Below are positions 12,604-60,309 of a stretch of DNA of 64,000 bases, one piece after another. The notes beneath the pieces were generated by a model. The model had not been told where the DNA came from. It worked only from the letters and a program-made list of their open reading frames with translations, and ran no database searches. The number at the start of each line of letters is the position of its first letter. Position 1 is the stretch's first letter. Made by a program: the position numbers and the translations under genes. The DNA is from Malacoraja senta (lineage: Eukaryota): the NCBI GenBank assembly GCA_038087875.1, contig CM075990.1, positions 4,466,001-4,530,000 on the forward strand, written 5' to 3'.

Positions 12604-13578
12604 AGGTGGCGCAGCTGGTAGAGCTGCTGCCTCATCGCGCAAGAGACCTGGGTTCAATCCTGACCTCAGGCTCTGTCTGTGTTGAGTTTGCACGTTCTCC
12701 CTGTGACTGAGTGTGGGTTTCCTCCGGATTCCTCCCACTTTCCAAAGGTGTGGGAGTTATTTGGCCTCTGTGAATTGCCCCATGTATGTTAGAGTCATAG
12801 AGTGATACAGTGCGGAAACAGGCCCTTCGGCCCAACTCGCCCATACCGGCCAACACTGTCCCAGCTACACTAGTCCCACTTGCCTGCGCTTAGTCCATAT
12901 CCCTCCAAACCTATCATATCCATATACCTGTCTAACTGTTTCTTAAACGATGGGATAGTTCCAGCCTCAACTACCTCCCCTGGCAGCTTGTTCCATACCC
13001 ATACACCCACCGCCCTTTGTGTGAAAAAGTGACCCCCCGGATTCCTATTAAATCTTTTCCCCTTCACCTGGAACCTATGTCCTCTGGTCCTTGATTCCCC
13101 TACTCTGGGCATCTACCCAATCTATTCCTCTCATGATTTTGTAAGATCTTCCCTCATCCTCCTGCGCTTCATGGAATAGAAATCCAGCCTACTCAACCTC
13201 TCCCGATAGCTCACACCCTCTAGTCCTGGCAACATCCTCGTAAATATTTTCTGAACCCTTTCAAGCTTGACAATATCTTTCCTATAACATGGTGCCCAAA
13301 ACTGAACACAATATTCTGAATGCGGTCTCACCAACGTCTTATACAACTGCAACATGACCTCCCAACTTCTATACTCAACACTCTGACTGATGAAGGCCAA
13401 AGTGCCAAAAGCCTTTTCGAAGACCTTGTCTACCTGTGACTTCAACGTTCAAGGAACCATGCACCTGTACTCCTAGATGGGAGTAGATGTAAAAGTGGGA
13501 TAACATAGAACTAGTGTGAAAGGGTGATTAATGGCCGAGGCCTATTTCCATGATGTATCTATCAACATAAACTAAACA
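12604..13578 (+). mobile_element. tRNA-derived SINE interrupted by a - strand CR1 3' fragment (about 12788-13477)
   Basis: SINE head ggtggcgcagctggtagag; CR1 peptide LYKTLVRPHSEYCVQFW; SINE tail resumes at about 13478. Confidence 0.8.
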
Positions 13579-14444
13579 TCTTAAAGGGATAAGTCTTCAC
13601 TTACATATCCTTCATCAGGAGCAGATATGGGGATTTACTGACATTGCAAGCCTCCCCATATTACTGACATTCAAACACTACACTTGCGCAGTATTATTCT
13701 TTGATCGTCCTCCATTGCGTCACCTGCCTGGCTATAGTGGTTGATAGTGCTATAGTGTTCTCTGTGGCATAAAGAGCAAGGCTCCTGTGTGTAATGTTCT
13801 CCACCAGCCTATTTATCTCGCATTGAGCATACAGCATTCGTCTTTGACACAACAGCACACTACGGCAGCTGGAAGTGTGCTGCTTGGATTGCACATACGT
13901 TCCTTTTTCACTTGCATCCAAGGTTGCAGCTCAAGGCTGAGTGCCTTCAGCTGTGAGATCTTGCAATAACATGCTCTGAAACAAACAGAGTTTCAGAAGG
14001 ATGCATTGTGAAATACAGCAATGTTGTTCCGGGACATTGTGGTTGAAGGTCACAATCATCGCGAGGTTAATATGAAAATAATTAGATTGATACACTGCCT
14101 GTTTTAATAAGATTAAGAAGTAGGCAAGGGATTGCTCTTGACTAGTCCTGCTGGTTTCAATCATTTTTGATGCCTTTTTAATCTTTTCAATTTAATTGAT
14201 CTATTTTCTATCTGTCCCCTGTTGATCGAGACCTTTACCAGACGAACTATGTGGATAATCAAATCTTTCTTTGAACTTCTGGGCAATATCTTTGATTAAT
14301 TATATGCCTAACCAATTTGATCTAAGCGACCAGCAACAAATGACTGAGGATTTCAAGGTCCACCATAACTTCCCAATGAGAAACTTTAATGGTTCTTTGT
14401 TGCACAGACATTAGTAAAAACCAAGGCAATTAATGTACAATTCA

Positions 14445-14745
14445 AGACACAAGTGCTGGAGTAACTCAATGGGTCAGACAGCATCTCTGGAGAGCATGGA
14501 TAAGTGACGTTTCAGGTTAGGACCTTTCTTCAGACCATCCTGACCTGAAACGTCACCTATTCATGTCGGAAGAAGAGTCTCCACCCAAAACATCAGCTAT
14601 TCCTTTTCTCCAGAGATGTTGCCTGACCCGCTGAGTTCCTCCAGCTTTTTGTGTCCGTCACCTATCCATATTCTCCTGAGATGCTGCCAGACCTGCTGAG
14701 TTACTCCAGAACTTTGTGTCTTTTGTTGTAAACCAGCATCCTTGA
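14445..14745. mobile_element. Compound PLE-derived inverted cluster (one - arm, several partial + arms)
   Basis: gacacaagtgctggagtaactca...cttcagac followed by reverse-complement copies. Confidence 0.65.
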
Positions 14746-15385
14746 ATCTAATGTGCAATTGTCCATTCTTCCCATTCCAATATGGGGGGTGATTAATTGC
14801 CTGAAAAGTACTTCCTATTCCTTTGGGTGATTTGCTAGTTGGTGCTGCAAGGCTCATTTCTATTTTAATGTATGACACATCTCATTGAATACTATTGCCG
14901 ATCTGGAAAGCTTTGCTTATATTTTTGATTTTTGATAAATAAGATAACAATTCTAACAAAATTCTAATCTTACATTGGCCAAGACATTTCAAGCATTTAA
15001 TTTACAATTAAACAACCCTATAGGAAGTAATTGTAATGGGATAGTTCCGATTTTAACAATGAAAGGAAACAATTAGTTTGTGAGTTGCTTGTTCCACGTC
15101 CTGTCTTTTAATGGTCGCCAAAAATATTCAGACCAATACGTGCAAATTTCAAATTACTCATAGCAATTTCCAGTTACTATGTTCCATTGAATGTAAATAT
15201 ATTTTGTTATTGTAAATAAACTTACAAATTGGGTGAGACGTGTGTGTGTGTGTGTGTTTGTAACATTTTAAAAACTTGTTTAGAAAATCATTGTTTTGTT
15301 GCTTTTGACTAACATAACGTATTTTTGTGTTTGGAACCTAGCAAAATGTTTGATCCATTCTTGCCACATGGCTACTCTTGCTATT

Positions 15386-15409
15386 CCCCCCCCCCCCCCC
15401 CCCCCCCCC
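15386..15409. repeat. Poly-C tract
   Basis: Run of about 24 C. Confidence 0.9.
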
Positions 15410-15489
15410 TGGACGATACCAATGTCATTTATGGCATATCCCTCATTGTCCCTAGAGCAGTAAGAACAATCACCTAATATGATACTGCA

Positions 15490-15803
15490 TTTAGTTTAGT
15501 TTAGAGATTAAGCATGGAAACTGGCCCTTCGGCCCACCAAGTCCGCACTGACCAGCTATTCTATAGTGTGAAGAACACTATCCTTCACACACTAGAGACA
15601 ATTTTCATTTATACCAAGCCAATTGACCTACAAACCTGTACGTGTTTGGAATGTGGGAGGAAACCGAAGATCTCGGAAAAAACCCAGGCAGGTCACAGGG
15701 AGAACGTACAAACTCCATACAATCAAGCTCCCGTAGTCAATATCAAACCCGGGTCTCTGGCGACATAAGGCAACAAATCTACCGCTGCGCCACCATGCCG
15801 CCC
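15490..15803 (-). mobile_element. tRNA-derived SINE (HE1/V-SINE-like)
   Basis: (ttagt)n tail at left, head at right. Confidence 0.85.
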
Positions 15804-16380
15804 TTGAGAGTTAGAAACTATGAAAAGAGGAGGCAATTTCCATATTTTTCTAAATTAAGCATCAGACAACTTTTGACTTGATTTTCTGTGGGAGCCTACA
15901 AATGAATAAATTCAATTTCGTAATAGATTTGAACTTACGATATCTGGATTGTTGGACTCTTTGCTACCAGAGGTCTGTTCAGCGACTGGCAGTGACAAAG
16001 ACATCGCCCAGATTTTGCTGACAGCTGCACTGGGACTGTAGAATTCCTAAAGTTACTATCTAAGCTCTTCTGGAAACTTGCGCTCTGTTGCTGGAGTCCA
16101 CATGGAATCCAACAGCTGTGCAGGAACTTGGTGAATGACAAACCTTCATGCAGCCGAATCTGTCCTCTGACCCATGAGCCATGCGGAATATCAAGTTGCA
16201 AGCAGGAAAGGCAAGAGGATGGGAGGTTGAGCTTTCTTTTTCATTGAATGTGTTTAGCTTAATGTTTTTGAATGATGTAACTATTTAAAATGTTTTAATT
16301 TCATTTTTAATAGTTCTAAAATGGAGGATTCCAGTATATCATCGATACTCTGTTTCCACTCAATTCTAGGATGATCAAAT

Positions 16381-16590
16381 AGAAACAAGGAACTGCAAAT
16401 GCTGGTTTTGAAACAAAAGACACAAAGTGCTGAAGTACACGGATAGGTCACTCTGGAGAACATGGATAGGTGACGTTTCAGGTCAGGATACGTCTTCAGA
16501 CTAGAGAAGAGACCTGACCCGAAATGTCACCATTCCATGTTCTCCAGAATGCTGCCTGACCCACTGAGTTGCTCCAACCTTTGTCTTTTC
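16381..16590. mobile_element. PLE-derived inverted pair
   Basis: - arm ends cttcagac at about 16501; + arm cccgaaatgtcacc...ctgagttgctcca. Confidence 0.65.
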
Positions 16591-16784
16591 TAAATGATCA
16601 TGTTCATGTATATTATCTCGCAGATCTGGGAAAGCTGAGCTGAGAGAAATAGTGCCGGTAATTGGTCAATTGAGTCCATGCTATGGCAGCCACTTCTATG
16701 TGAAATATAACATTTCTGTTGTTTGATCTAAGTTGCACGATATCTCCTTGCCTTAATAACCATTTATATTTTTCTTCTTTCAAG

Positions 16785-52393
<35,609 letters not shown>

Positions 52394-55300
52394 TCAAGCC
52401 ACTCCATAGCTGACATTATTGCTCCAGAGGGGCAGGGACACGTGGTGTGTGGTCAGAGAGCTGGGCATTTGTTTGCCCCAAACCCTTCTTCGCACCGTAC
52501 TAGATAGGCTGCTAATGAGGATCTTTTGAATTCAGGAGTGTTTCATGCATGTCATAAGTGTGAGAAGAAAGGACTTCCATGCCATACTTCAGATCGGACA
52601 GCAAAATGTTGTAAAGATATAAGACTCCAAATCGATGCTGTTGAAGCATCTTAAACTTCCTTGGATTTCTACGCATCGCTGACTATTTTTGTGCTCTGTA
52701 ACCCAGAGTGGAATGTTGATAGCTGGCCCTTTGTGAACCCTAACTATGGTGTCGCACAGCCAGGAGATGGTGCTTTCTGTGAAAGCCTCAATCCGAATAA
52801 CTTTGCAAATCTATTGCTGAGATTTTAACTAGTTGCTTTTCCTCTACCTGTAAATGGGGTCTGCCAGGTTCTCTCGGGCTGTAAGGCCATAATAGATATC
52901 TCCCGTTTCTAGTCCAAAGTCTTGTTGAATTGGGTGGTCGTTTGCAAGAACTTTGAGAATGCTCACTTCACAGAGCAAGCTTCTGCTGGTGCCAGGCACG
53001 AAATACAATGGCGAGCTTTCCTCCCTTTATCCAGTTTGCTGTGTCCACAGCTAGCTCCACTTCCCAGAGTGCACATGATCGGCTACAGACTCAGGGTTTA
53101 TTGATTCCATAAAACACGTTTTTTCTTTTTAACTCTTGCTCCTTTTTTCCATAAACATTCACTTATCTTCTCCTGCGTAACATAGTAAGCAGCAGGGAGA
53201 GCCTTGAATTGATTATTTCTGCTAGCTGTCCAAATTCTTGCAAAACTTGGATTAACCTTGTAATGGATAGAAAGCTATGTTTTATGTTGGAAATAGATAG
53301 CCATTCTCTCAGTTTTGTTCATTGTATTCTCCCAGAATATTAGATAATGATTGTGTACCCTTGGTTAAAACATCATATCTTAGTTTTTTCTCATTATTTG
53401 TACCTGAAAGCATAGATTGACAGAGGATCACCATTTTAGACTACAGAGTACTTGTCTCTGATCATTTTTCTTTCAAAGTCAGGCATCACTACGATTCTGC
53501 TACTACTATATTACCCGGTAGAATAAGGGTGAATTGCGGTTGTGATAATCTACTCAAATTGGCACGGAGAGGATTTGCTGTTCTCTTATAACAATTCTTA
53601 TTCTTACATAGGTGTAGCAGGCACAAGTGAAATTCTGCTTCTTTTCAATGACTTTCAGCGGAGGCAATAGGTTCTGCCACCATTTTCTAAAGTTGTGCCA
53701 GTCTAAGTTCAGTTTCAAAAAGTGATCACAGCAAGTGGCATTGCATGTATTTATTTTTATGAGGATGAATTATCACTGCTAAGAACTCTGAATAATCTTA
53801 CTATGTCCCATAATCTGCAAACGTACTCACTTCCCCATTTTAAAGGCTTGGTTATACTTTGTCTTTGTTCCACACCAGCAGCGACTGTTGGAAGGAGAGT
53901 GTGCTCACAGTTCCTGGAGAAAACACTCGAAGCAGTGAAGTGTTGGTTTATTTAAAATAATGTATTGTCAATTCATTTGAGTAATTCCAAAGCTTATTCG
54001 TGTATTGATGAATTTAGTAATTGTATTAATAGTGGCTGTCTATTGTACCAGATTCTTGGATGCCTCAGTCTTGTAAATGTATGTAACATAATGTTTATAT
54101 GTTGTGTAGTATGGCTGATGATAGCTTGCAAGCTTCTCATGTAAATCTGATAGCCAAAGTAGGGCTTGAAGCTTTTTTTTTCTCTGGCAAGAGGGATGTT
54201 GAAGATACAGTGCGATCCATTCATATAAACAGGATTGATTTTGTTACATGCTATGCAGAGTTATACATCTGCATTCCTTGGTTCTCATGTTTGCCTTGAA
54301 TTTGAAAGATATGGTATCATGTTGAATGTTTATTAGACAATTGTGATCTCCTGCCCATCTATAATAATGTTATATGCTCAGCCCCCAGCTTCTGATGCCT
54401 TGCATCAGAGGTGATACATTCTTGCCCAAGAGCAGGAAAGGCCCATGTTGTTATTAGTACTTTTTTTTTTTTTAATTTGCATTTGAGACTTGCCAATGGG
54501 TTCCTTTTTGGGAACATGAATTGAAATAGTTTTTATTATTTTTAACGCTGCAGGAATTCACATCGACTGCTGAGACGTTTTAAACTTTAGAGAAGAATGA
54601 ATGATTGGAATTTTAAAAAAAGTGAATAACACTGCCTGGCCCAGTCAGCACTGTGCTCTCTGATCATCTGTTATTTTACAACAGATAATAATGGTTTTCA
54701 CTAATTCCATTTCTTGAAACATTATCTCATTGAGGTGCATCCAGTCCATCATAAGCTGGAGATAATTAGACAACAGTATTTTTTTTGTAATGGAAATATA
54801 AAAAGGCCAAGAAAACCTGGAAGATAGGGTGGGATCTGAAACTTCTGTCTATTTCTGTTAGATACTCCTGTCTTTCAAACAAAGTCATGTGAATCAGGTT
54901 GTTTTAAAGAAAGTGTTTTTAATGATTGTGCCTTTTTATGTTGTTAAATCAGCCTGCCTTTATTTTTATTTAAAGAAAAGGAAGGGAGACTTGCCAGTCC
55001 AGCGTGTCATCCAAAAATGTCTTATTGTAGCATAGACAAAATGACGAATCAGAATATTTTGAAATCATTTAGTCAGCATATTTGTACATAGCAAATGGAC
55101 AGACAACAAAGGATTAAAGCAATGATAGTACTCTAATGCGTATGTCATTGCTAGTCAAACAAAATGGTCACATTAAACTAAGCGTAAAGACTTATAAACC
55201 TATTTTGTACAGCATCTGGTAAAAGGTGCCTTATTACGTTTACCACAGATTACTTTGCAAGAGGTACATCATGTACACAGATTATGTCCTGTATCTGAAT

Positions 55301-56120
55301 ATTAAGTAAATAACATTATTTTAGTACAGAGTTGGTCTGTTGGCTATGCTTATTTGTTTTTCTGCCCTTGTTAGATGAGGTCAAAGTGGACTGACTGCTC
55401 AACTGCTGTAAGATGTGTGGAAATCCGTCCTGACTGGAAGATTTCATGTGTTATCCATGACATGTCTTTTGCTGAGTTAAGCATGAACGAAAAGAAGAAG
55501 CAATATAAAAAATCTAGGGGACAACTTAAAATTGTTAAAACTATGTTATTCTTCATTTCACTTGCCAGCTCCTATAACATCTTTCAGACTGTCCTGTTGA
55601 ACTTGTTTAACTACACAGTCTTGGAATTTTTACCGACTTAAAACCCCCCAATTTATTATTAAATCCTTGAGGGAAACCCTTCCCCACTCAGTGATATTAT
55701 TTTATCTTGCTGAACTGGTTGTTCTTCGGATTGAATTCACTGTCCTTTCTCATTGAATGTGCCCAAGGTTGGTTCTCGCTGGAATGTAGTGCTGATTGCA
55801 GGCCTGGCTTGTGAGTAACACTAACTTCTTTATCAACAAGATAGTCAGAGACCATGACATCCTTGCTATGAATGGGAAACAACCATTCAATCCACAAGCT
55901 CCATCCTCCCAATATTGCCCAACTCCCAAATTGCTTCTCCTCTCGGTTGCACAAATATCTGGGAGAGGCAGGAATAAAAGAGGCAAACTTAGCAAAATCA
56001 GTAGTGGTTAACCGAGGGAAGGTGGATGTTGGGTCAGGCCACAAATCAGTTTCTTAGTCTGGCAGTATATCTAACATTTTCTGCTTCAGTGTAAATAAAT
56101 GCTTTTGATTCCTTGTTAGA
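52394..56120 (+). other. Probable long BMPR1A 3' UTR; candidate poly(A) signal AATAAA at 56094-56099
   Basis: About 3.7 kb after the stop with no recognisable TEs; AATAAA followed by T/G-rich sequence. The true 3' end is not determinable (ATTAAA variants near 55.1-55.2 kb). Confidence 0.5.
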
Positions 56121-56139
56121 ATGTAATGCAAGTGAATAG

Positions 56140-56570
56140 GAAGCGTTTGACACCGCTGGGCCTGTACTCGCTGGAGTTTAGAAGGATGAGGGAGGACCTC
56201 TTTGAAGCTTACCGAATAGTGAAAGGCTTGGACAGAGTGGATGTGGAGAGGATGTTTCCACTAGTGGGAGAGCCTAGGACTAGAGGTCATAGCCTCAGAA
56301 TTAAAGGATGTTCCTTTAGGAAGAAGATGAGGAGGAATTTCTTTAGTCAGAGGGTGGTGAATCTGTGGAATTCTTTGCCACAGAAGGCTGTGGAGGCCGT
56401 CAATGGATATTTTAACGGCAGAGATGGATAGATGATTAGTACGGGTGTCAGGGGTTATGGGGAGAAGGCAGGAGAATTGGGTGAGGAGGGAGAGATAGAT
56501 CAGCCATGATTGAATGGCGGAGTAGACTTGATGGGTCGAATGGTCTAATTCTGTTCCTATCACATGACCT
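56140..56570 (+). mobile_element. CR1 3' fragment
   Basis: LGLYSLEFRRMREDL...FFSQRVVNLWNSLP. Confidence 0.85.
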
Positions 56571-57179
56571 GAAGAGAAATGGGTGCATTGATCAGATTGC
56601 AGATGGCTAGTAATTGGAAGTATTTATGAGTACAGAGACTAGGAGGGAATCTTACTAAATTGCACCCAGAGTTCTGTGACCTAGAAACTAAAATATGTTC
56701 GTGTGTGTCATTTATCTATATCACACATTGATATAAGCAAACCACACTCGTGCAGTTTGGATTTTTGTGCTGATATCATGCTGTGTGAATAGAATTCACT
56801 GTTTAGTACTGCAATTATCCATATTTGTGTAACATGCAGGTCCTATCGCAACGTTTAAGAAATATTTGGACAGGTACAGGGATAGGAAAGGTGTGGAGGG
56901 ATATGGGCCACACGCGGGTAGGTGGAACCAATGTAGATGGGGCAAGTTGGGACGAAGGGCCTGTTTCCACACTGTAAGACTCTATGACTCTATCTCACTC
57001 ATCTGTTGTGCATCTTGGAAATGTACGACAGTGAAAATGTGCAACCTTGGACGACTCTTGTCTCCCAAGCCCTGACCAAGTCTAGTGAGCAAGCCTTTGC
57101 TGAAGGCTGTAGTTTCTGAAGTGGAAGCTTCCGACAGTGACTTCCATTGAATGTTATTTTCTGGACTGGTAGAATAATC

Positions 57180-57571
57180 TTATGTTTTAAATAAAAGAAA
57201 CCCTCCAAATGTTGTCTCTGGAGGAGTCCGTTGAATGACAAGACCTTGGATCACCTCTACCCACACGCGCTGTCCTTTGTGGAGCTCCACCAAGGCGTAG
57301 CCCCAGCCCCAACTGCCCTGCTGCTGCTGCTTGTGTATGCTCCTCTGAAGAGTAAATGTACGCTTGCCATCAACCAAAAGAAAACCAAGACCAGGCCCCT
57401 GGCCAAACTTCACAGTCACCACAAACATGTAGACGCCTTTGAGGGGAGCTTTGAAATGACCCTTTTCCTGTGAATAGCAATCGCCGTAGTTCAGAAGTAT
57501 CTGGTCAAATTTCAATATCTTGGTAGATTCAGAACCATTGGACAGTCCCACGAAAAATGCAGCCAGGAATT
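57180..57571 (-). CDS. MMRN2: Multimerin-2 terminal exon, C1q domain: AAFFVGLS...FKAPLKGVYMFVVTVKFGQGPG...TTFGGFLLFKT*
   Basis: Pyrimidine tract and tttag acceptor on the - strand; gC1q signature ending FGGFLxFKT as in MMRN2; convergent with BMPR1A. Confidence 0.9.
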
Positions 57572-57633
57572 CTAAACAGACAAGAAGCAAAAACAAGTCA
57601 AACCCAAGCAATTCAATACCATTGGGCACACAG

Positions 57634-57934
57634 TTTAGTTTAGTTTAGAGATACAGCACGGAAACAGGCCATTCGGCCCACCGAGTCCATGCCAACCAGC
57701 GACACTGCACACTAATGCTATCCTACACACACTAGGGCCAATTTACAATTATACCAAGCCAATTAAGCTACAATCCTGTACGTCTTTGGAGTGTGGGAGG
57801 AAACCCGAGATCCCAGATGAAAACCCATGCAGGTGACAGGGAGAACGTACAAACTCTGTGCAGAAAGCACCCGTAGTCAGGATCGAACCCAGGTCTCTGG
57901 CGCTGTAAGCCAGTAACTCTACTGCTGTGCCACA
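57634..57934 (-). mobile_element. tRNA-derived SINE in the MMRN2 intron
   Basis: (gttta)n tail, SINE core, B-box. Confidence 0.8.
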
Positions 57935-58039
57935 TGGAGAACTTTGTTCTTTAACACATATACACACTGATAAATGTTGAAGGGAGATGGGAGATATTTA
58001 TCAGGCATTAATAGCCCACGTGGGAATAACATAAAACAT

Positions 58040-58515
58040 TAGTTTGTGTCAACTTCTGGGCGCTCCATTACAGGAAAGATGTGGAGGCTTTGGAGAGGGT
58101 GCTGTAGAGGTTTACCACAATGCTGCCTGGATTAGAGGGTTTCAGCTTCAGGCAAAGGTTGGAATAGACCTGGATTGTTTTCCCTGGAACATCGGAGGTT
58201 GAGGGGAGGCTTGATAGACGTATATAAAATTATGAGAGGCATAGAATGGGTAGACAGTCAAAACCTTTTTTCCAGGATGGAAAAGTCCAACGCAAGAGGG
58301 CACAACTATAAGGTGAGAGGGGGAAAGTTATTTATACAGAGAGTGGTCGGGGCCTAGAACACGCTGATGGTGGAGGCTGATACGATAGTGATGTTTGAGA
58401 AGTTTTTTGATAGGTACGTGGAAGTGCAGGGAATAGAGGGATATGGATCACATATTGCCATGATGTTCAGCACAAACACTGTGGGCCAAAGACCATTCCT
58501 GTACTGTACTGTTTT
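58040..58515 (+). mobile_element. CR1 3' fragment
   Basis: FSLEHRRLRGGLIDVYKIMRG. Confidence 0.75.
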
Positions 58516-58576
58516 ATTGACTACTGCCAGCCTCTTGTTCTGGTCATCACACAGTGGGAGATCATGAAAGCACTAA

Positions 58577-58903
58577 TAGCCCTGTCCCACGGTACGAGTT
58601 CATTCCAAGAGCTCTCCCGAGTTAAAAAAAAATCAAACTCGTGGTAAGCACGGGGAATGAACGTAGCGGGTACGTCGGAGCTCGGGGACGTCTCTTAGCG
58701 ACTCGTAACGCTAACGGCAGGTACTCGGGAAGACTCGCTAACGGCAGGTAAGCACGGGAAGACTCGTGAAGATTTTTCAAAATGAAAAATGTCCACGAGA
58801 GCCCCGAGTACCGACGAGTGGCCATTACCATAAATCTCCGAGTTCGAATCAGGACAAACTTGGGAGAACTCGTGGAATGAACTCGTACCGTGGGACAGGG
58901 CTT
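58577..58903. mobile_element. PIF/Harbinger-like MITE (same family as 33955-34268), TAA TSD
   Basis: TIR gccctgtcccacggtacgagttcattcca; TAA at 58574-58576 and 58904-58906. Confidence 0.88.
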
Positions 58904-59479
58904 TAAGACTTTTCACAAGCGATTCATGACGATATTGCCAAAGCTGAATATTTTTAGTTCGGAGGAGGGTCTGGCTTGGCTGGGTGGGGATCAGCAGACT
59001 GGTTCCGGCTGGTGATGGCAAGACCAAATGATGAGATATTACGTTGAATAGATTTATATTCCCTGGAGTTTAGAGGAATGAAATTAAATCGACTTGAAAA
59101 CTTACAAAATTGTGGAAGCCAAGTGCTGAATATATTTGAGGAGATACATATATTTCCAGATGCAAAAGGTTTCAAAGTGTATGGGAGAGAGTGGGAACAT
59201 GGCGATGAGATGGACAATCAGCCATGATCATAATGAATGGAAGAGCAGGCTCAAAGGGCTGAATGGATTCACCCTTCAGTCTATGTTACTTTCCTGGAGA
59301 TGGGGCATGTTGGTCGGCATGAAGAAGTTGGGCCAAAGGACCTGTGTGTGACTGAGGCAAGGGAGAGATTTGATTGTGACATATGTAAGAGGCCTAAACA
59401 AAATGAACAGGAAAGATTTAAGGCAGACAAAAATGCTGGAGAAACTCAGTGGGTGAGGCAGCATCTATGGAGCGAAGGA

Positions 59480-59970
59480 AATTTGAGGAAGGACATTCTT
59501 GCTATTGAGGGAGTGCACCGTAGGTTTACAAGGTTAATTCCCAGGATGACGGGACTGTCATATGCTGAGAGAATGGAGCGGCTGGGCTTGTACACTCTGG
59601 AGTTTGGAAGGATGAGGGGGATCTCATTGAAACATATAAGATTGTTAAGGGTTTGGACACACTAGAGGCAGGAAACATGTTCCCGATGTTGGGGGAGTCC
59701 AGAACCAGGGGCCACAGTTTAAGAATAAGGGGTAAGCTATTTAGAACGGAGACGAGGAAACACTTTTTCTCACAGAGAGTTGTGAGTCTGTGGAATTCTC
59801 TGCCTCAGAGGGTGGTGGAGGCATGTTCTCTGGATGCTTTGAAGCGAGAGCTAGATAGTGCTCTTAAAAATAGCGGAGTCGGGGGATTTGGGGAGAAGGC
59901 AGGAACGGGGTACTGATTGGGGATGATTAGCCATGATCACATTAAATGGCGGTGCTGGCTCGAAGGGCCG
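59480..59970 (+). mobile_element. CR1 3' fragment preceded by a partial PLE arm (about 59420-59480)
   Basis: LRKDILAIEGV...FFSQRVVSLWNSLP...GEKAGTGY*. Confidence 0.85.
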
Positions 59971-60309
59971 TATAGATAGAAACATAGAAACATAGAAAGT
60001 AGGTGCGAGAGTAGACCACCAGGCCCATCGAGCCTGCACCGCCATTCGCTCATGGCTGAACACTAAACAGACACCCTTACCCACAAACAGTAGACACAAG
60101 ACACAGAACACAAGACACTACCCTCCCCTTTATACCGCTATCACCCCTCTCCACCCCAAGAACCGCGTGATCTCCTGGGGGAGGCAAAAAAACGGATAAA
60201 AACCCAGGTCCAATTCGGGAAAAAAATCCGGGAAATTCCTCTCCGACCCCAATCCAGGCGATCGACACTTGTCCAGGAGATCACTCAGGTCTTACTATAC
60301 TAACCATAC

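Noticed and set aside
13787..13969. SVLLGLHIRSFFTCIQG as the BMPR1A signal-peptide exon
   Set aside because: No in-frame ATG and a poor donor (gttgca).
54391..54409. Hairpin TCTGATGC-CTT-GCATCAGA in the putative 3' UTR
   Set aside because: An 8-bp stem can arise by chance in 64 kb; no recognised motif.
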